Below are positions 7,769 to 17,861 of a stretch of DNA of 64,000 bases, piece by piece; position 1 is the first letter of the stretch, and every line of letters begins with the position of its first letter. The notes below the pieces were generated by a model. The model worked only from the letters and a program-made list of their open reading frames with translations. It was not told the origin of the DNA and ran no database searches. Made by a program: the position numbers and the translations under genes. The DNA is from Oscillospiraceae bacterium (GTDB lineage: Bacteria > Bacillota > Clostridia > Oscillospirales > Oscillospiraceae): contig JAAWQS010000005.1 in NCBI GenBank assembly GCA_022800665.1, forward strand, positions 109-64,108. The letters are read 5' to 3'.

Positions 7769-10432
7769 ATGCACAAGTCATATGGAGTCAATGAAATCCG
7801 TGAAATGTTCCTGAAGTTCTACGAGACAAAGGAGCACCTGCGCCTGCCCAGCTTCTCCCTCATCCCCCAGAACGACGCCAGCCTGCTGCTGATCAACAGC
7901 GGCATGGCCCCCATGAAGCCCTACTTCACCGGCGAAGTGGAACCGCCCCGCCACCGGGTCTGCACCTGTCAGAAGTGCATCCGTACCGGCGACATTGAAA
8001 ACATCGGCAAGACCTCCCGCCACGGCACGTACTTTGAGATGCTGGGCAACTTCTCCTTTGGAGACTACTTCAAAAAGGAGGCCATCGCCTGGTGCTGGGA
8101 ATTCCTGACCAGCCCGGAGTGGCTGGGGCTGGAGGCAGACCGGCTCTATCCCTCCGTCTTTGCCGGGGACGAGACCACGCCCGCCGACGAGGAGGCGTTT
8201 GAAATCTGGAACAAGGACGTGGGCATCGCGGCTGAGCGCATTTTCCGCTTCGGTAAGGCGGACAACTTCTGGGAGCACGGCTCCGGTCCCTGCGGCCCCT
8301 GCTCCGAGGTCTACTATGACCGCGGTCCGGAGTACGGCTGCGGTAAACCGGGCTGCACCGTGGGCTGCGACTGCGACCGGTATATTGAGGTCTGGAACAA
8401 CGTGTTCAGCCAGTTCGACAACGACGGCCAGGGCAATTACACCGAGCTGAAGCAGAAGAACATCGACGTGGGCGCGGGCCTGGAGCGTCTGGCCTGCGTG
8501 AGCCAGAACGTGGAGTCCCTCTTTGATATTGATACGGTGATGAATATTACCCGCAAGGTCAGCGGAATCACCGGCGCGACCTATGGTCAGAGCCATCAGA
8601 AGGACGTGAGCCTGCGGGTCATCACCGACCACATCCGCTCCGCTACCATGATGATCTGCGACGGCGTGCTGCCCAGCAACGAGGGCCGCGGGTACGTGCT
8701 GCGCCGCCTGCTGCGCCGCGCCGCCCGCCACGGCAAGCTGCTGGGGGTGGATAAGCCGTTCCTGTTTGAAGTCTGCGCGGTGGTCATCCAGGAGAACGCC
8801 AGCGCGTACCCGGACCTGAAGGAGAAAGAGCCGTACATTACCCGCGTGATCCGGATGGAGGAGGAGAGCTTTGCCAAGACCATCGACAGCGGTATGCGGA
8901 TTTTTACGGAGATGCTGGACGGCCACAAGGAAAAGGGCGAGAAAACCTTCTCTGGAGCGGACGCCTTCAAGCTCTACGACACCTACGGCTTCCCCATCGA
9001 CCTGACGGCGGAGATGGTGGAGGAAGAGGACATGGCGGTGGACCTGGATGGCTTCCGGCAGCTGATGGACGAGCAGCGCGTCCGCGCCCGGAAAGCGCGG
9101 GAGGCCCTGGGCGACCTGGGCTGGGCCGGTATTGAGTTCGGCAAGGACGTGCCGGCTACGGCGTTCGTGGGCTACAACCAGGCGGAGACCGGCGCAAAGA
9201 TTTTGTCCATCGTGGCGGACGATGAGTTCCGCACGGAGATTGCCGCCGGTGTGGAGGCAATTCTGGTGCTGGACCAGACCACCATGTATGCGGAAATGGG
9301 CGGTCAGGTGGCCGACCACGGTACGATCAAGGGAGAAACCGGTGTGTTTACCGTCCGGGACGTGCAGAAGAACAAGGGCGGCAAATACCTCCACTATGGC
9401 GTTGTTGCTTCCGGCTCCTTCCAGACCGGCGGGGCGGTGACGGTCTCCATTGACACGGACCGCCGCCGGGCCATCATGCGCGCCCATACCGCCACCCACC
9501 TGCTGGACAAGGCCCTGCGCACAGCGCTGGGCGATCATGTCCATCAGGCCGGCTCCCTGGTAGACGAGGACTACCTCCGCTTCGACTTCACCCACTTTGC
9601 CGCCCTGACGGCAGAGGAGCTGGGCGAGGTGTCCCGTATTGTGAACGACGCCATCCTGGAGGGGTACGCCGTTGAGGCCAGGGAGATGCCCATTGAGGAG
9701 GCCAAGAAGACGGGAGCCATTGCGCTGTTCAGCGAGAAATACGGGGACATTGTCCGCGTGGTGAACATGGGCTGCGGCTATTCGGTGGAGTTCTGCGGCG
9801 GCACCCATCTGGACAACACCGCAAAGGCGGGGCTGTTCCACATCGACAGCGAATTTTCCGTGGCCTCCGGCGTACGCCGCATTGAAGCCGCCACCGGAAA
9901 GAAAGCCGTCAACGTGATGAACGCGGCCCAGGATATGCTGTTCAAGGCCGCTGCTGAGCTGAAGGTCAAGCCCGCCGACCTGCGGGAACGGGCCAGCCAG
10001 ATGACCGCCGAGGTGCGGGAGCTGCGGCAGACCATCGACAAGCTGAAGGCCAAGCAGTTCCTCAGTGAGGCGGACCAGTTCCTGCTGAATGCAAAGACGG
10101 TCAAGGGCCTGCATGTGGTGTCCATGTCCCGGCCCGGCCTTACAACGGACGATATGCGGAAAATGGGCGACTTCCTCCGGGATAAGGACGCCTCTGTAGT
10201 AGCTCTGCTGGCGGGCGTGAACGACGGCAAGATTATCCTCCAGGCAATCTGCGGCAAAGAGGCCGTGGCCCGCGGCGTCAAGGCCGGGGAGATTATCAAG
10301 ACCATTGCGCCCATCTGCGGCGGCAAGGGCGGCGGACGGCCTGACAGCGCCATGGGCGGCGGGTCCGACCTGCTTAAGCTGGACGACGCGCTGGCAGCTC
10401 TGGATGATTTCGTCAATGAGAAAGCGAAGTAA
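7769..10432 (+). CDS. alaS: alanine--tRNA ligase
   Basis: Full-length AlaRS: N-terminal FLKFYETKEH...SLIP, editing-domain HTATHLL, C-terminal DHHA1-like GGKGGGRPD. Confidence 0.97.
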   Translation: MHKSYGVNEIREMFLKFYETKEHLRLPSFSLIPQNDASLLLINSGMAPMKPYFTGEVEPPRHRVCTCQKCIRTGDIENIGKTSRHGTYFEMLGNFSFGDYFKKEAIAWCWEFLTSPEWLGLEADRLYPSVFAGDETTPADEEAFEIWNKDVGIAAERIFRFGKADNFWEHGSGPCGPCSEVYYDRGPEYGCGKPGCTVGCDCDRYIEVWNNVFSQFDNDGQGNYTELKQKNIDVGAGLERLACVSQNVESLFDIDTVMNITRKVSGITGATYGQSHQKDVSLRVITDHIRSATMMICDGVLPSNEGRGYVLRRLLRRAARHGKLLGVDKPFLFEVCAVVIQENASAYPDLKEKEPYITRVIRMEEESFAKTIDSGMRIFTEMLDGHKEKGEKTFSGADAFKLYDTYGFPIDLTAEMVEEEDMAVDLDGFRQLMDEQRVRARKAREALGDLGWAGIEFGKDVPATAFVGYNQAETGAKILSIVADDEFRTEIAAGVEAILVLDQTTMYAEMGGQVADHGTIKGETGVFTVRDVQKNKGGKYLHYGVVASGSFQTGGAVTVSIDTDRRRAIMRAHTATHLLDKALRTALGDHVHQAGSLVDEDYLRFDFTHFAALTAEELGEVSRIVNDAILEGYAVEAREMPIEEAKKTGAIALFSEKYGDIVRVVNMGCGYSVEFCGGTHLDNTAKAGLFHIDSEFSVASGVRRIEAATGKKAVNVMNAAQDMLFKAAAELKVKPADLRERASQMTAEVRELRQTIDKLKAKQFLSEADQFLLNAKTVKGLHVVSMSRPGLTTDDMRKMGDFLRDKDASVVALLAGVNDGKIILQAICGKEAVARGVKAGEIIKTIAPICGGKGGGRPDSAMGGGSDLLKLDDALAALDDFVNEKAK

Positions 10433-10458
10433 TACAACAGGCTTTGAAGGAGGAGCAT

Positions 10459-10557
10459 GTGAACATTGAAGAAAAAATGACCGAAGATATATCTGTCCTG
10501 AAAAGCGTTGTCAAGGCGCACCCCAACAGACTGGCCGCGCTGGAAAAGGCACAATAA
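10459..10557 (+). CDS. possible 32-aa small protein (VNIEEKMTEDISVLKSVVKAHPNRLAALEKAQ)
   Basis: GTG start 4 nt after a GAAGGAGGAG SD-like run. No family recognised. It fills the alaS-cupin gap. Confidence 0.25.
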   Translation: MNIEEKMTEDISVLKSVVKAHPNRLAALEKAQ

Positions 10558-10578
10558 TACAGATGGAGGAATCCCACT

Positions 10579-10911
10579 ATGCTGATTGATTTTTCAACTC
10601 TGGAAGAACAGAAAATCCCCTGTTTCCGCGGCGGGGAAAAAGTCACCGCCGCCCGTATGTTTGTGGACCCGCTGGTCAAAATCATGTCCGGACATCTGGA
10701 GCCGGGCGCGTCGATTGGTATGCACACCCATGAGACCAACAGCGAAATCATCCATGTCCTCAGCGGCGACGGCAAAGTCATCTGCGACGGCCAGACGGAA
10801 GTCCTGCACGCCGGCTCCTGCCACTACTGCCCCAAGGGCCACACCCACAGCCTCATCAACGACAGCGATGCCGGCCTGACATTCTTTGCCGTCATCCCGG
10901 AACAGCCATAA
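10579..10911 (+). CDS. cupin-domain protein
   Basis: GxHxHxxxxE-like motif (IGMHTHETNSEIIHVLSG) and second motif CPKGHTHSL. Confidence 0.8.
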   Translation: MLIDFSTLEEQKIPCFRGGEKVTAARMFVDPLVKIMSGHLEPGASIGMHTHETNSEIIHVLSGDGKVICDGQTEVLHAGSCHYCPKGHTHSLINDSDAGLTFFAVIPEQP

Positions 10912-10926
10912 TTAGGAGGTAACGCC

Positions 10927-11271
10927 ATGTCTGACTGCTTATTCTGCAAAATCATTGCCGGGGAGATTCCCAGCAGCAAGGTCTACGAGGATGATCTGTG
11001 CTATGCTTTCCACGACATCTCTCCCCAGGCTCCCACCCACTTCCTGGTGGTGCCAAAGGAGCATATCCAGTCTGTGTCCGCCGTGAACGATGAAAACGCC
11101 CGCATTGTGGGGCATATCTTCGCCGTCATTGCCAAGCTGGCGGATGAGCTGGGATTTGCGGGTCCGGGCTACCGGGTGGTGTCCAACATCGGCCAGGCCG
11201 GCCAGCAGACGGTACCCCATCTGCATTTCCACGTCCTGGCCGGACGGGATATGACCTGGCCTCCGGGCTGA
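10927..11271 (+). CDS. HIT-family (histidine triad) nucleotide hydrolase
   Basis: CLFCKI N-terminus and HLHFHVL histidine triad. Confidence 0.92.
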   Translation: MSDCLFCKIIAGEIPSSKVYEDDLCYAFHDISPQAPTHFLVVPKEHIQSVSAVNDENARIVGHIFAVIAKLADELGFAGPGYRVVSNIGQAGQQTVPHLHFHVLAGRDMTWPPG

Positions 11272-11371
11272 TGCCCATGGATTAAATTTTCCGCTTCATG
11301 GAACATTTCTCGCTCTGCTGCGTCATAACCATTAGGAACCCCATTTCATAAAGTAAAGGAGGCAGAAAACG

Positions 11372-13591
11372 ATGAAAAAATTCATGAGCATGGTCCTGTC
11401 CGCCGCCCTGACGCTGTCCCTGGCCACCCCTGCCGCCGCGGCTGCGGAAGTGGACGCCCCGGCTCCAGCCGAGAGTTCTGCGCCGGAAAAGAGCAGTACC
11501 GACCGGCGTCTGGCCCAGGTGACGGAAAAGGTCAAAGCCACGCTGGGCATCGGAGACCAGTATGAGGAGTTCTACGGCGAGCTGATGGAAAACGAGCTTG
11601 GCACGGCCTGGAATCTGAACTGGAGCGGGAACGGTAAGAAAATCTCGGCGGAGGCTGCGGAGAGCGGTAAAATCCTCCGGTACCATGTCTTCAGCGAGGA
11701 GGCCGACGCCCCCTCTGCCAACGGCGGAGGAATCGTCCCCACCTTCCCCGCCGTATCCAGAGAGCAGGCCCAAAAGTCTGCGGAGGCGTTTCTGAAAAAG
11801 GTACTGGATTCCCAGGAGAACGCCCAGTTCTCCGATCAGGACAGCTCCCGGCTGAGTATGTCCAGCCACCGCTTCACCGGTAAAATCCGGCTGAACGGCG
11901 TGGACTCCCCCCTCACCTTCTCCGTCACCGTACGGGCTGACGACGGAGAGGTGACATATTTCTACCGGGAAAGCCTGGAACAGAACACCACCGGCGGCGT
12001 TCCATCCTCCAAGCCGGCGGCGTCGCAGAGCGCGGCGGGAGAGCAGCTGAAGCAGACGCTGAAAATGCGGCTGGAGTACGTGTTGGACCCGGACGCCAAC
12101 AAGGCGTCGCTGCACTACCTGCCGGAGCCCACTGACCAATACTATGTGGACGCCCAGACGGGCAAGTTGGTGAATCTGACAGAGCTCTATGAGTCGGTCG
12201 ATTCTGACGGCTTCAGAAAAGAGTTCAGCTCTATGGCGGACGCCGGGGCCGCGCCGGAAGGGGCGGCGATGGATACGGCAGCGAACGGCGGACTGTCCCA
12301 GGCGGAGCTGTCCGGCATCTCCAAGATGGAGGATGTGCTGGATAAAGAAGCTCTTGACAAGGAGCTGCAGAACATCCGCGTCCTGGGATTGGACAAGTAT
12401 ACCCTCGGTTCCGCCAGCTACTCCCTGGACCGGGAGACAGAGGAAATCCGCGCCCAGCTGACTTACAGCCGCAAGGACGGAGACAACATCTGGCGGCGCA
12501 CCGTCACCTGTGACGGCAAGACCGGCGCACTGCTGGCGGTCTACTCCAGCGTCCCCTATTCGAAGGACCGGAAAGCCACTGTCAGCGCGGAAGACGCCCG
12601 GAAAACCGCAGAGGCGTTTCTGAAGGAGCTGTGGGGCGAAGCGTTTGCCGCGACCGCCCTGTATGACAGTTCTCCCTGGGAGGAGGGCAGCCGCAGCAGC
12701 GCCCACAGCTTTCAGTTCGCCCAGAAGGAAAACGGATACTTCTTCCCGGAAAACAGCCTGCACGTAGCTGTGGACATGACAGACGGCTCCATCAGCCGCC
12801 TGGACCGCACCTGGACCGAGGACGTGGTCTTTGACAGCGCGGAGGGCATCGTGGACGCCGCCGCCGGGCTGAACGCCTGGTTCCGCCACTACGCCGTGGC
12901 CCTGGCCTACCGGAGTATTCCGGTGAAGCTGGACCCCGGTATGCCGGAGGCCGTGCCGCTGATTGATAAGGGCTATTCCTATTTCTACCAACTGAAGCTG
13001 TCCTACGCCCTGGAGGAAAAAAGGCCCGCCTCCGGCGTGGACGCCAAGAGCGGCAGCGTGGTGTATCCGGAGATTAAATCCACCGGCGCGCTGTCCTACA
13101 GCGACACGGCGGACCACTGGGCCGGAACGCAGCTTAACGAGCTGGCCAGCTACGGCATCGGCTGGTCCGGCGGCACATGCCAGCCCCGGAAGGAGCTGAC
13201 CCAGCGCGATCTGGTGGAGCTGCTGGCCAGCGCAGGCAGCTACCGCTACGATCCGGAGAATCAGGAGACCGACGCCCTCTACAGCTACGCCTATTCCCTG
13301 GGTATTCTGACCCGCGGGGAACGGGAGGACGGCAAGGTTATGACCCGCGGCGAGACGGTCCGCATGCTTTTGAACGGCGCGGGCTTCGGCAGCACAGCCA
13401 GGCTGCAGGGGATCTTTACCTGCTCCTATGCCGACCGGGACCAGATTCCGGCGGACCTGCTGGGCTATGCCGCGCTGGCCCAGGGTCTGGGCATGGTGGG
13501 GGCCGGCGGCGATTTCGCCGCCGGACGCAGCGCCACCAGAGCGGAGGCGGCGGTGATGCTGTATCATCTGATGAACCGGTCCCTCCTGTAA
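11372..13591 (+). CDS. secreted cell-wall protein with C-terminal S-layer-homology (SLH) domains
   Basis: Signal peptide (...LATPAAAA). C-terminal SLH-like segments (YSDTADHWAGTQLNELASYGI; YADRDQIPADLLGYAALAQGLGMV...ATRAEAAVMLYHLM). Confidence 0.8.
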   Translation: MKKFMSMVLSAALTLSLATPAAAAAEVDAPAPAESSAPEKSSTDRRLAQVTEKVKATLGIGDQYEEFYGELMENELGTAWNLNWSGNGKKISAEAAESGKILRYHVFSEEADAPSANGGGIVPTFPAVSREQAQKSAEAFLKKVLDSQENAQFSDQDSSRLSMSSHRFTGKIRLNGVDSPLTFSVTVRADDGEVTYFYRESLEQNTTGGVPSSKPAASQSAAGEQLKQTLKMRLEYVLDPDANKASLHYLPEPTDQYYVDAQTGKLVNLTELYESVDSDGFRKEFSSMADAGAAPEGAAMDTAANGGLSQAELSGISKMEDVLDKEALDKELQNIRVLGLDKYTLGSASYSLDRETEEIRAQLTYSRKDGDNIWRRTVTCDGKTGALLAVYSSVPYSKDRKATVSAEDARKTAEAFLKELWGEAFAATALYDSSPWEEGSRSSAHSFQFAQKENGYFFPENSLHVAVDMTDGSISRLDRTWTEDVVFDSAEGIVDAAAGLNAWFRHYAVALAYRSIPVKLDPGMPEAVPLIDKGYSYFYQLKLSYALEEKRPASGVDAKSGSVVYPEIKSTGALSYSDTADHWAGTQLNELASYGIGWSGGTCQPRKELTQRDLVELLASAGSYRYDPENQETDALYSYAYSLGILTRGEREDGKVMTRGETVRMLLNGAGFGSTARLQGIFTCSYADRDQIPADLLGYAALAQGLGMVGAGGDFAAGRSATRAEAAVMLYHLMNRSLL

Positions 13592-13627
13592 GCGTTTTCC
13601 TGTTGGCTGTCATAAAGCAATTCCAAA

Positions 13628-13672
13628 GGAGCAGGCCCCGCCGTACCATGCGGGACCTGCTCCTCTGTTTTT
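13628..13672 (+). terminator. intrinsic terminator between convergent genes
   Basis: GGAGCAGG(c)CCCG...CGGG(a)CCTGCTCC hairpin followed by TCTGTTTTT. Confidence 0.7.
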
Positions 13673-13704
13673 CTGCCGGCCTATATGCGTATGTATGTTC
13701 CAGG

Positions 13705-14361
13705 TTACATGGACAGCAGCTTTTTCCATGTGTCGCTCTCCTGCAAAACAAGGTCAGGCCGCTTGGACGGCTGTTCGGAAGAAACCGGCTGTGCCTGCGG
13801 CTCTTTGGGCGCATTGCCGGATGCAGCGGCATCCTGTCCCTTGGCGGAACGCTGGACCTTCCCCTTTTTGGCGCGTTTGGGGGTCCTATCCTGACCGGCG
13901 GCTTCAACAGGGACCGGTACAGGCGCCGCGTCCTTGGCAGAGCCGAGCAGCCGCTCCGCCTCCTGCGCCTTGCCGTCGATGGCGCACAGCATCTCCCGCA
14001 GGGATTGCCGCATCTCCCCGATTTTGGCGGAATACATGTCCAGCTCCGCTTTCTGACGGCGTATGGCGGCTTCCAACGCCTCCTGGGCCTCCTGCTCCTT
14101 CCGGATGCTCTCCTCCCGCTGACGCTGCGCTCTCCGCAGCTCTACCAGCTCCTTCTCCAAATCGCTGATCCGGTCCTCATACTTGGTCTCCAGCTGGACC
14201 AGATGGGACTCCTTTTCCTCCAGCTGGCTGTCCTTCTCCGCCAGCTTCGCGTCCCGCCGCTCCAGCTGCTTCACCGTCTCCGCCTCCTGCTCCTCCACAT
14301 AGCGGATGACGTCCTCCCGCCGGTATCCCCAAAACCCCTTCTTCAGTTCGTCAAATTCCAT
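13705..14361 (-). CDS. DivIVA-domain coiled-coil protein
   Basis: N-terminal FDELKKGFWGYRREDVIRYV resembles the DivIVA N-domain, followed by a long heptad-rich Glu/Lys/Arg region. Confidence 0.7.
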   Translation of the reverse strand: MEFDELKKGFWGYRREDVIRYVEEQEAETVKQLERRDAKLAEKDSQLEEKESHLVQLETKYEDRISDLEKELVELRRAQRQREESIRKEQEAQEALEAAIRRQKAELDMYSAKIGEMRQSLREMLCAIDGKAQEAERLLGSAKDAAPVPVPVEAAGQDRTPKRAKKGKVQRSAKGQDAAASGNAPKEPQAQPVSSEQPSKRPDLVLQESDTWKKLLSM

Positions 14362-14532
14362 CGGCCAGGTCTCCTTTCTTTCCTATACTGTAACTGAGTA
14401 AATTTGAGTATTAATATTATTCTATCAAATTCCGTCTGGATTGACAAGGGCTTTTTCTGTCCCAACGGCGCGGGGAATGCCGGAGCCTCTGCCGCAGCGG
14501 GACGAAAAGCGTTTCCACCGCCGGAAACGCTC

Positions 14533-14561
14533 TTGGCAAAACGGCAATGATGTGGTATAGT
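14533..14561 (+). promoter_or_regulatory. sigma-70-type promoter TTGGCA-17 nt-TATAGT (TG-extended)
   Basis: Hexamers at 14533-14538 and 14556-14561, upstream of the NSS transporter. Confidence 0.45.
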
Positions 14562-14598
14562 AATACGAAACTTGTCAACAAAGGAGATTCTATTTCAC

Positions 14599-15999
14599 AT
14601 GGAAAAAAGAGAGACCTTTTCCTCGCGCCTGGGCTTTCTGCTCATCTCGGCAGGATGCGCCATCGGCCTGGGCAACGTTTGGCGGTTCCCCTATATCACG
14701 GGAAAATACGGCGGAGCGGCCTTTGTTCTGCTGTATCTGCTGTTCCTCCTGATTTTAGGCCTGCCCGTTATGGTCATGGAACTGGCGGTGGGCCGGGCCA
14801 GCCGCCGGAGCATCGCCCTGTCCTTCCAGACACTGGAGCCAAAGGGCAGCAAATGGCACTGGTTCAGTTATGTGGGACTTGCAGGCAACTACCTGCTGAT
14901 GATGTTTTATACAGTCATCGCCGGATGGCTGCTGTACTACTTTGTCAAAATGCTCAGGGGAGATTTCGCGGGCCTGGACGCGGAGGGCGTGGCCGGCCAG
15001 TTCGGCAGCCTGATGGGCCAGCCGTGGACGATGGCAATATACATGGCCGTCGTGGTGTGCATCGGCATGTTCGTCTGCCTGCAGGGCCTGCGCAACGGCG
15101 TGGAGCGGGTGAACAAGGCGATGATGGTCTGCCTGCTTGCGCTGATGGCCGTGCTGGCGGTCAACTCCATTCTGCTGGAGGGCGCGGGCGGCGGCCTGCG
15201 GTTTTACCTGCAGCCCAATTTCCAAAACCTGGTCTATGACGCGGAGGGCAACTGGATTCTGAGCGAGGCTGTTTTCGCCGCTATGGGACAGGCGTTCTTC
15301 ACCCTCTCCCTGGGCATCGGGTCCATCGCCATTTTCGGCAGCTATATCGGGAAGGAGCACAGACTGGCCGGGGAGGCCCTGCGCATCGGCGTGCTGGACA
15401 CCTGCGTGGCCTTTACCGCGGGGCTGATTATCTTCCCCGCCTGCTCTGCCTTCGGCGTCTCCACCGGAGAGGGTCCCGCGCTGGTTTTCGTCACCCTGCC
15501 CAATATCTTCAACCACATGGCCCTGGGACGGCTGTGGGGCGGGGCGTTTTTCCTGTTCCTGTCCTTTGCCGCGCTGTCCACGGTGATTGCCGTCTTTGAG
15601 AACATCATCTCCTTTACCATGGACCGGTGGGGCCTGTCCCGGCAAAAAGCGGTAATGGTCAATTTTGTGGGTATACTGCTGCTGTCTATGCCCTGCGTGC
15701 TGGGCTTCAACGTGTGGTCCGGCCTGACCGTGCTGGGGATGGATGTGTCCGGCCTGGAGGACTTCCTGGTGTCACAGAACTTCCTGCCCCTGGGCTCCCT
15801 GCTCTACGTGCTCTTCTGCACCAGCCGGAAGGGCTGGGGCTGGGACAAGTTCCTGGCGGAGGCCAATGAGGGGGAGGGGCTGCGGTTCCCCAAGGGCGTG
15901 CGGTTCTATGTCAGCTATATCCTGCCCCTGATCGTCCTGTTTATCTTCGTCATGGGCTATTGGAATCAGTTCGGTGAATGGATCAAGAGAATTTTTTGA
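14599..15999 (+). CDS. sodium-dependent transporter, neurotransmitter:sodium symporter (NSS/SNF) family
   Basis: GFLLISAGCAIGLGNVWRFPY signature. I prefer the ATG at 14599 (AAGGAGA SD) over 14572. Confidence 0.9.
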   Translation: MEKRETFSSRLGFLLISAGCAIGLGNVWRFPYITGKYGGAAFVLLYLLFLLILGLPVMVMELAVGRASRRSIALSFQTLEPKGSKWHWFSYVGLAGNYLLMMFYTVIAGWLLYYFVKMLRGDFAGLDAEGVAGQFGSLMGQPWTMAIYMAVVVCIGMFVCLQGLRNGVERVNKAMMVCLLALMAVLAVNSILLEGAGGGLRFYLQPNFQNLVYDAEGNWILSEAVFAAMGQAFFTLSLGIGSIAIFGSYIGKEHRLAGEALRIGVLDTCVAFTAGLIIFPACSAFGVSTGEGPALVFVTLPNIFNHMALGRLWGGAFFLFLSFAALSTVIAVFENIISFTMDRWGLSRQKAVMVNFVGILLLSMPCVLGFNVWSGLTVLGMDVSGLEDFLVSQNFLPLGSLLYVLFCTSRKGWGWDKFLAEANEGEGLRFPKGVRFYVSYILPLIVLFIFVMGYWNQFGEWIKRIF

Positions 16000-16026
16000 C
16001 CATGTCCACTTTTTTTGTATTACCTG

Positions 16027-16055
16027 TTGCGTTTTTTCGACACATAGGGTACAAT
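16027..16055 (+). promoter_or_regulatory. sigma-70-type promoter TTGCGT-17 nt-TACAAT upstream of pckA
   Basis: Hexamers read directly. Confidence 0.4.
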
Positions 16056-16138
16056 ACCGGTAGTGGGTGTCCCGATGCGGGATTTTCACCCGCAAACACT
16101 CTGACGGAACCCAACTTTTACTCTCAAGGAGGAAGTAA

Positions 16139-17713
16139 ATGATGGAAACCTTTGGCTTGGAGGCGCTGGGCATCATCCATCCCAGCGCCGTATACCGGAA
16201 CCTTTCCCCTGCAAAGCTGGTGGAGAAGGCTCTGGCCAGGGGCGAGGGCCAGCTGAACGCCACCGGCGCGCTGTGCGTCAACACCGGCAAATATACAGGC
16301 CGGTCCCCTAACGACAAATTCATTGTCGATTCCGCCGGTGTCCACGATGACATCGCCTGGGGTAAGGTCAACGTCCCCGCCACCCAGGAGGTCTTTGACG
16401 CCCTGTACGAAAAAATGGTGGCCTACCTGCAAAACCGCGAGATTTTTATCTTCGACGGCTTCGCGGGCGCGGACCCCAAGTACACCAAAGCCTTCCGGAT
16501 CATCAACGAGCTGGCCTCTCAGAACCTGTTCATCCATCAGCTGCTCCTGCGTCCCACCGCAGAGGAGCTGGCAAACTACAAAGCTGACTTCACCGTCATC
16601 TGCGCCCCCGGTTTCAAGTGCATCCCTGAGCGGGACCACGTCAACTCCGAGGCCGCGATTATGATTGACTATGAGAAGAAAATGGTCCTCATTGCCGGTT
16701 CCCAGTATGCGGGTGAGATCAAGAAGTCCGTCTTCTCCGTGATGAACTACCTCATGCCCAAGGAGGGTATTTTCCCCATGCACTGCTCCGCCAACATCGG
16801 CGACGCCGGGGATTCCGCCCTGTTCTTCGGCCTCTCCGGCACCGGCAAGACCACTCTCTCCGCCGACCCCAACCGCAAACTTATCGGCGACGACGAACAC
16901 GGCTGGGCGGACGACTCCATCTTCAACTTTGAGGGCGGCTGCTATGCCAAGTGCATTGATCTGACCGAGGAGCGGGAGCCGGAGATTTTCCGTGCCATCA
17001 AGTTCGGCTCCCTGGTGGAGAACGTCATCATGGACCCGGAGACCAGGGTCCCCGACTACTCCGACGGCAGCCTGACCGAGAACACGCGGGTGGGCTATCC
17101 GGTGGACTACATCCCCAACGCCGCTATTCCCGGCGTGGGCGCTACCCCGAAAACCGTGGTCTTCCTCACCGCCGACGCCTATGGCGTCATGCCCCCCATT
17201 TCCAAGCTGAATGAGAAGCAGGCCATGTACTACTTCGTCTCCGGCTTCACCTCCAAGCTGGCCGGTACGGAGCGGGGCATCACCTCCCCGGTCCCCACCT
17301 TCTCCACCTGCTTCGGCGCTCCCTTCATGCCCCTGGACCCCTCTGTCTATGCCAACATGCTGGCGGAAAAGGTGCAGAAGTCCGGCGCAAATGTGTACCT
17401 GGTCAATACCGGCTGGTGCGGCAACAGCGGCAAGCGGATGAACCTGAAGTATACCCGTGCGATGGTCACTGCCGCCCTTAACGGCGAGCTGGAGAAGGCC
17501 GCGTTTGTCACAGACCCCTATTTCGGCGTTCAGGTACCCACCTCCTGCCCCGGCGTGCCCGACGAGCAGATGATTCCTGAACTGCAGTGGCAGGGCGACA
17601 AGGCCGCCTATGAGGCAAAGGCCAAGGAGCTGGCGAAAGCGTTTGTGGAAAACTTCAAGAAGTACACCCACATGTCCCAGGATGTTGTGGACGCCGGTCC
17701 CAAGGTCGGGTAA
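16139..17713 (+). CDS. pckA: phosphoenolpyruvate carboxykinase (ATP)
   Basis: GLSGTGKTTLS kinase-1a motif, IGDDEHGW, and typical length. Confidence 0.96.
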   Translation: MMETFGLEALGIIHPSAVYRNLSPAKLVEKALARGEGQLNATGALCVNTGKYTGRSPNDKFIVDSAGVHDDIAWGKVNVPATQEVFDALYEKMVAYLQNREIFIFDGFAGADPKYTKAFRIINELASQNLFIHQLLLRPTAEELANYKADFTVICAPGFKCIPERDHVNSEAAIMIDYEKKMVLIAGSQYAGEIKKSVFSVMNYLMPKEGIFPMHCSANIGDAGDSALFFGLSGTGKTTLSADPNRKLIGDDEHGWADDSIFNFEGGCYAKCIDLTEEREPEIFRAIKFGSLVENVIMDPETRVPDYSDGSLTENTRVGYPVDYIPNAAIPGVGATPKTVVFLTADAYGVMPPISKLNEKQAMYYFVSGFTSKLAGTERGITSPVPTFSTCFGAPFMPLDPSVYANMLAEKVQKSGANVYLVNTGWCGNSGKRMNLKYTRAMVTAALNGELEKAAFVTDPYFGVQVPTSCPGVPDEQMIPELQWQGDKAAYEAKAKELAKAFVENFKKYTHMSQDVVDAGPKVG

Positions 17714-17738
17714 TACCTTTCAGAAGAACGATAGCAAA

Positions 17739-17778
17739 CCCCTGGAAATCTGTCTGACGGATTTCCAGGGGCTTTCTG
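17739..17778 (+). terminator. intrinsic terminator after pckA
   Basis: CCCCTGGAAATC...GATTTCCAGGGG 12-bp stem followed by CTTTCTG. Confidence 0.65.
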
Positions 17779-17861
17779 CACTGCACAGTCCGAGCCTCCC
17801 GCGCATAAGATAGTCCAGACGCATCTGAAAGGAGGTTGCCGGAACCTCGCAGTTCCGGCTT

